Origin: Callorhinchus milii
Taxonomy: Eukaryota
Length of the DNA stretch: 64,000 nt
Reading direction: 5' to 3'
Assembly (NCBI RefSeq): GCF_018977255.1
Contig: NW_024704743.1
Coordinates: 4,528,001 to 4,592,000, forward strand
Shown here: piece after piece, positions 63,160 through 64,000 of the stretch
Layout: every line of letters starts with the position of its first letter
Position numbering within the stretch: the stretch's first letter is position 1
The notes under the pieces: generated by a model
The model's input: the letters and a program-made list of their open reading frames with translations, nothing else
Databases searched by the model: none
Told to the model about the DNA's origin: nothing
Program-made: the position numbers and the translations under genes

Positions 63160-63609
63160 GTAGATGAAGGACTTCAATTTTGTGGAGAGAACAGAGAGGC
63201 TGGGTTTGTTCTCCTTAGAACAGAGAAGGTTGAGGGGAGATTTAATAGAGGTGTTCAAAATTATGAGAGGTTGTGATAGAGGAGGTAGGGAGAAACTGTT
63301 TCCGCTGGTGAGTGGGTCGCTAACCAGAGGACGCAGATTTAAGATGACTGGCAAAAGACCCAGAGGAGAGGTGAGGAGAGATTTCTTTACCTAGAGATTT
63401 TTTTTTGCTTCGAGCTGGAATGCACCGCCTGAAAAGGTGATTGTAGCTTTCAAAATGGAATTGGATAGGTATTTATAAAGGAACTCACAGGGTGATAGGC
63501 TAAGAGCGGGGGAGTGGGACTAGTTGGATAGCTCTTTCAAAGGGATGGCAAAGAATTGATGGGCCGAATGGCTTCCTTTTGTGTTGTAAGATTCTATGAT
63601 TCTAATGAT
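63160..63609 (+). mobile_element. CR1 3' end
   Basis: ERLGLFSLEQRRLRGDLIEVFKIMRG...REKLFPLV...TRG...FFT; tgggccgaatgg and ttctatgattct tail. Confidence 0.93.
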
Positions 63610-63624
63610 TGGCATCTATAACAC

Positions 63625-63995
63625 CATTGCAGAATTTGCTGCAAAGTGTATTTGTAGGCAAATGTAGCAGCCAATTTTGCGCGCAGCAATGTCCTACAAA
63701 GCGCCTTGAAGTGAACCACCAATTTTTTTCAGAAGGTTTGTTTCCCAGGACACCAGGCGAAACAACTTTCCCTTTTTGACGAGTGCTGTGGGATGATTAA
63801 CATCCACCCGAACAGGCTGACAACATCTTGGTTTAAAGTCTCATCTGAAGGATGGCACCTTTTAACAGTACAACACTCTCCTAAGCACTGCGTTGGTATG
63901 TCAGCCTGGACTATGTGAGTTCCAATTCCCGACGTGGGGTTTGAACCCACAACCTTCTGACTCAGCAGTGAGAATGCTACCAACCGAGCTGTGCT
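63625..63995 (-). mobile_element. DeuSINE-like element
   Basis: ttgaacccacaaccttctgactcag head, tcatctgaaggatggcacct body, gcagccaatttt. Confidence 0.8.
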
Positions 63996-64000
63996 GATGA

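Overview
Vertebrate non-coding DNA, almost certainly from a cartilaginous fish; the repeat types suggest a holocephalan such as elephant shark (inference). By eye, roughly half the window is transposon-derived. It holds one near-full-length but decayed single-ORF L2 LINE (914-4403, minus strand), many L2 and CR1 3' fragments, about 30 whole or partial copies of a tRNA-Ala-headed CORE/Deu-like SINE carrying an L2 tail, an older DeuSINE-like family, Penelope-type short elements with target-site duplications (TSDs) and hammerhead-like cores, an unclassified repeat and several microsatellites. I recognised no host protein-coding gene; almost all listed ORFs are repeat artefacts. The unique stretches look like intronic or regulatory DNA and contain a few candidate exons. 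The best leads are a compact TATA promoter-like cluster with a double overlapping RORE and a FOXA-type palindrome (44040-44300), followed by a well-bounded candidate exon (48810-49068); local patches of very strong AT-to-GC substitution bias in old repeats; and a young SINE subfamily whose tail matches the resident L2 stem-loop. No new biological system is demonstrated. Repeat boundaries are by eye, approximately +/-20 nt unless a TSD is given.
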